DNA from: Craspedostauros australis
Taxonomy: Eukaryota
Reading direction: 5' to 3'
Length of the DNA: 49,896 nt
Assembly: GCA_030167865.1 (NCBI GenBank)
Contig: JALAGF010002801.1
Coordinates: forward strand, 1-49,896
Positions 45,601-49,896 of this stretch are shown piece by piece. The notes beneath the pieces are model-generated. The model was given only the letters and a program-made list of their open reading frames with translations, was not told where the DNA came from and ran no database searches. The first letter of the stretch is position 1, and each line of letters starts with the position of its first letter. A program made the position numbers and the translations under genes.

Positions 45601-48482
45601 TGAGAATTCTTCGGAATCGAGCGCTGCTGTACGAACGCAAACAAAGCAGACGATAGCCGAAGAGCAACAAGCACACACACACGCGAATACACCACAAGAG
45701 ACTCGAACAGAACAGCAGCAGAACCAAAAACAGCGGCAAACCGAGCACGAACAACAATCATCGACAACAGCGACCGCAATCGAAGCAAACGCGAAAGTTC
45801 CTGTGGAGTCTCTGCAACGCACGAAAACAGAAGACACTCGGATGTCTATATCTGGGGGATCTGGCGCTGCGTCTCAGATCCCAACGAGAAAACGACCACG
45901 AGAACAGACGGAGCCCCCAGGGCAACCCATAGGTGGTCACTCAAGAGTGGATGCGGATGCGCCATCTTCCATTTCAACAGAGACGAACACAAGTACGCCC
46001 ATGATTCACGCCGCGATGGCAACATCGCCGGAATCGGTAACAATCTCGCCGGCGGTTCGACAGACAGCGCTTTTTGAGATGCAATCCTCGCTAGGAGAAC
46101 GAGATGAAGCGAGCAAGATGACAAGCAAGAGGCAGAGAGACGACCAGGATGCAACGGCCGTCATGCAGAAAAGAGTGAAGGCCAAATATGATCTTGACGG
46201 AGCACCATCCATTGTCACACAACGGAGATGGCGAGCTGAAGGTACCAGACTTGAAGTACAAAAGATGCCCACAGTCACAAATCTCGCACCTTCTGTTGTG
46301 GTCTGCGCCTCTTGTCTGAATGAAGATGTGATCCCGGTCTACTTCCCAAGCGTGGACGAGGCATCCGCAAGCCAGAAGCTTCCCAGGTCATTGATCGAGG
46401 CAGTATGCAATGAAGGAGGCGGATACCTGAATGGTTGCTGGTACGGCTACGAAGACCATGTCACCAAGCTGGCTGAGCTGTTCTCCACGGAGAAGTTCTC
46501 GATTTCTCAACTTCGGATTCTGAAGACGTTGCAGTTCAGCGAAAGCAAGTGCCGCGAGATGAGTTCGTTGATTGAGCTCGAATGCAAGCTCACAGGACGG
46601 GCGGTTGTTTCATTTCCCTCCACAGAAATTGCTGCAGTTGCGCTTGGCATTACCGCGACGCAAGTTGCCCGGAGCTGTATCTCGAACGGCACAAGAGAGC
46701 ATTACGACTTTCGATCGTTCCGATTGAAGTCAACGGGTGTATCGGCCACGTATTTGTACGGATCTTCCAAAGAAGACTACAATGTTGCCTTCTCCGAAGA
46801 ATCTGAGAGCGAGCGGCATGATCGTTGGTTGGCTAAGCTGAACATGATGTCTGAAGAATCTGGTGACGAGGCGACCAAGGGTATGCAGATCGATGTCACT
46901 TCAACTCTCAGAGACAAAGGCAATTCACCCACGCAACCGCATTCGCGAGGGAGCCCGGCGATTTTCACCGCAGCGACGGTGGACTCACGACAGAGCAAGT
47001 CCGATCTCAGAAAAGCTTCCCCAGAGCAAAATGGAGCGAAGGCGGCGAGGCCAAAGGCTGCGAAAACGAAACCTGTTTCAGGCGAGCCGAAGCCTCCGAC
47101 CGCGTCTCTCCCAACAAAAGCACTACCAACAACAACTGCAGCAAACCTTCCGAAAACAGTGCCAAACGCTGTCCTGGCAAAAATAGCAGTCGCAAGCTCG
47201 CCGGCACCACCATTGGCACAATCATCTCCACAAATGCTTGCAACACCTGCAGTAGCAGAGACAACGAAAGCGAAAGTGCAAGCGAAGGTGACACCGACAG
47301 TGGTACAACATTTAGCGACGGCATTGCCATCAAAGGAGGCCCAGGCAAGCAAAGCAGAACTGGCCGCAATAGCACCGCCAACAGAATCAACAACCGCAAC
47401 CAGTAGGCCAAAGGAAGGCTCAGCAAATGTGAAAGCATCGGCATCACCATCAGCACCGATCCCGCCAGTACTGTCACCGCCGCAACCAGCACCGGCGGTA
47501 GCAGTACCAGTGGCAAAAGTAGTGGCAGTGGCGGTAGCAGTAGCAAGAGCACCAACGACATCAAACGGACAGTTAGGGACAGGCCCGGCAAAGACAAAGG
47601 CAGGTTTCGCGAAAGCAATATCTACAGCACTGACACTGACACCCAAATTCTCCATAGCATCGGCAAGCGCACAGTCTGAGACAGGCGTAGCGAAAGCGGT
47701 TGCATCAAATGGAGCAGCGAAAGCACCAACAATATCCAAGCCAACAGCAAGCGCACTACCAGAAGCGAGTTTGACAAAGGCAAAGGCAAAAGCAAAAGCA
47801 AAAGGAACATCACCGTCACCGTCACCAAAACAAGCAATAACATCAACAGGCGTACAAGGAGAGGCAAACGTCACAAAACCAACAGCGAAAGCAGCAACAA
47901 TCCCTCCATCGAGCCTCTCCACAGCAACCACAGCAAACGCATCAAACGCACAGCCAGAGAGACGCCCAGCGAAAGCGAAAGCGAGAGTGACAGCTAAATC
48001 ATCGAAGACAGCAGTGGCACAGGCGCCAAAGTCACCAGCAAGACAGACATCAAGCATTGACGTGCAGCCAGAGGTGGACTTAGCGAAGGCAGCAAAAGCA
48101 ACGAAACCGCCACCGAAAGCAGTACTGGCAACTGTAGCACCAAACCCACCAGCACGTGCACGCTCAAAGGCGGGCTTGGTAATAGCGGCCGCCAGAGCCA
48201 AAACCAAAGCAGCGGCGTCATCATCGACAGCCACAAAAGCACCCGCAAGCACACGATCAGGAGTAGGCAAAACGAAAGCCGCAAGAAAAGCAAAAACAAC
48301 GGCATCCCCAAAGCCATCTACGTCTAAAACGAGCGGAAAGCCAAAAGCGGGTCCGACAAAGGCAAAATCCAAAACAAAGGCATCAGCAGCACGAACATCG
48401 CCATCACCAACAGTGGCGATTGCAGACGCAACAGTAGCAAGATCACGATCAGAGGCAGGTTCAGCGCAAACAAGAGCAACGT

Positions 48483-48525
<43 letters not shown>

Positions 48526-49288
48526 CAAACCAGCAACGAAAGGTCGACACCCTGAGAAACGCTCAGCAAAATCTGCAGCACCACAACTGATAACTGCAAC
48601 AACAGCAAGATCACAGCCACAGCCAGACTCGTTGAAACCAGCAGCAAAACCAAAACCGACATCAAAATCAACAAAGCGGACAGAGTCAGACGGAGCAGCG
48701 CGCGTCCAGCCAGTGGTCGGAGGTGATGGTATTGACGACAGTAGCGATGGCGGTAACGCCATTGGTATTGAAGATGAAAGTGACGATGAGAGCAATAGTA
48801 CTACTGGCACTGCAGAGCACACGAACGCCGCTGGCGCTGGCGCTGATGTTGATGCTGATACTTCCGCCAATGATCCCGTCCGCATCATGAGCAGCTTGGA
48901 GGCGCTGGAAGAGAAGCTGCGCCATACCAGCATGAAGGATTTGCTCACAATACCTCTTGCACGGCCTGCTGGGACGAAACTGCCGAAGATTTTGCAAGAG
49001 ATGGTAGAACCGTCTTTCCGACGCACGAACTGCAGCATGCATCATCCAACCGATCCGCCGGACTTCTGTATCCTTTGCCAAACGCGTCCTCCGAATGTCG
49101 TGCTGTATCCTTGCGGCCATGCGGTGCTGTGCGGAGTTTGCAACGCCACAAAGTGCCGCCTGTTCTGCCCCATCTGCAAGACCCAAATCCTGGTGAAGCA
49201 ACCAATCAACGAATCCTCAAGCAGCAGCGTGCGGGCACACTCTGTGTACGAGTACAACATGGGCCCATCCCCTTGGTCACCGAGATAG
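42629..49288 (+). CDS. Very large low-complexity protein (~2220 aa) with two NUMOD1/IENR1-like HTH motifs and a C-terminal C3HC4 (IAP/MGRN1-type) RING finger
   Basis: Stop-free frame 42440..49288; first ATG at 42629, alternative at 42644. Q/P-rich and K/A/T/P-rich disordered regions. Globular island at about 46290-46850. RING: CILCQTRPPNVVLYPCGHAVLCGVC...CPICKTQI. Confidence 0.85.
48488..48523 (+). repeat. (GCA)12 encoding poly-Ala
   Basis: Perfect gca x12 in frame. Confidence 0.92.
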
Positions 49289-49896
49289 AATGAATACCAC
49301 CGCATGCGAGAGGGTATCCCATGCGGCAGGGTTGCTCTCTCTCTCTCTCTCTCTCTTCAGACTAATTTGAGGGCACCCTTTGTCTATTGTAGCGTGGCAG
49401 GGTCATGTTTTAAGTTGCATCACACACTGAGGCGTGTTTTGATGTGGGTGATCCATACAACCACGCGTTGTCTTACTCGTATGTATCACATTTTCAGGCA
49501 TGAATACAAGCATATAGTTCCTAACCTGATATGTGTAGACTGCTTTGGCTCTTGCGTGACAATACAACTATCTGTATTTGGCGGTCGTGCTTCCACTTGT
49601 TTCTCCACGATTTCGATCCAAAACGTGGCGCCAACACAGAATCGATGAATCCGGGAAGCGAAAAGAAGAATCATCGCTGCGATGACAACAACAGCAAGGC
49701 ACGGGAATTCCGCTGAAACTGTCACACGTTCGGATTCGACCACTCTGACTATTCAAGAACTTCGCGTGTGACTCGATTGGAACGACTCAATACTCGGAGT
49801 ATATCCACAACAGTAACGTATATAACCGTTACATGTTTGAAATCCGAACACCAGCTATCGCGACAAGAAACGTTGAAAGTACTGAACAAACGTTGA

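Noticed and set aside
46777-49038. 753-aa antisense ORF, and similar antisense or alternative-frame ORFs over RUVBL1, the esterase, the proteases and the MFS gene
   Set aside because: Shadow frames explained by biased codon usage on the coding strand; no independent domain content.

Overview
This is a eukaryotic nuclear window with about 14 protein-coding genes, GT-AG introns, one Pol III tRNA and many microsatellites. An ASAFAP-like plastid signal, RXL motifs and PT-repeat secreted proteins point to a diatom, probably pennate (inference). Gene order: an uncharacterised RVxF/RGLE-motif protein (+); a putatively plastid-targeted SAM methyltransferase (-); a large intron-containing type-B carboxylesterase (-); RUVBL1 (-) with tRNA-Ser(GCT) just upstream; two tandem secreted M36 (fungalysin-type) metalloproteases with a PA insert, PT-rich stalks and Cys-bounded C-terminal modules (+); a secreted Cys-rich protein (+); an MFS transporter (-); a membrane RING-H2 ligase (+); an HSF-type transcription factor with an N-terminal Lin0512-like domain (-); two SRPBCC/START-fold proteins (+); a stand-alone Lin0512-family protein (+); a small FLASH/CASP8AP2 N-terminal-like coiled-coil protein (-); and a >2200-aa low-complexity protein with two NUMOD1-like HTH motifs and a C-terminal RING (+). 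The best candidate for an undescribed system is the 33.5-41.5 kb block: a Lin0512-HSF fusion regulator next to ligand-binding SRPBCC proteins and an intact Lin0512 protein. All family assignments come from motif recognition by eye; no searches were run.
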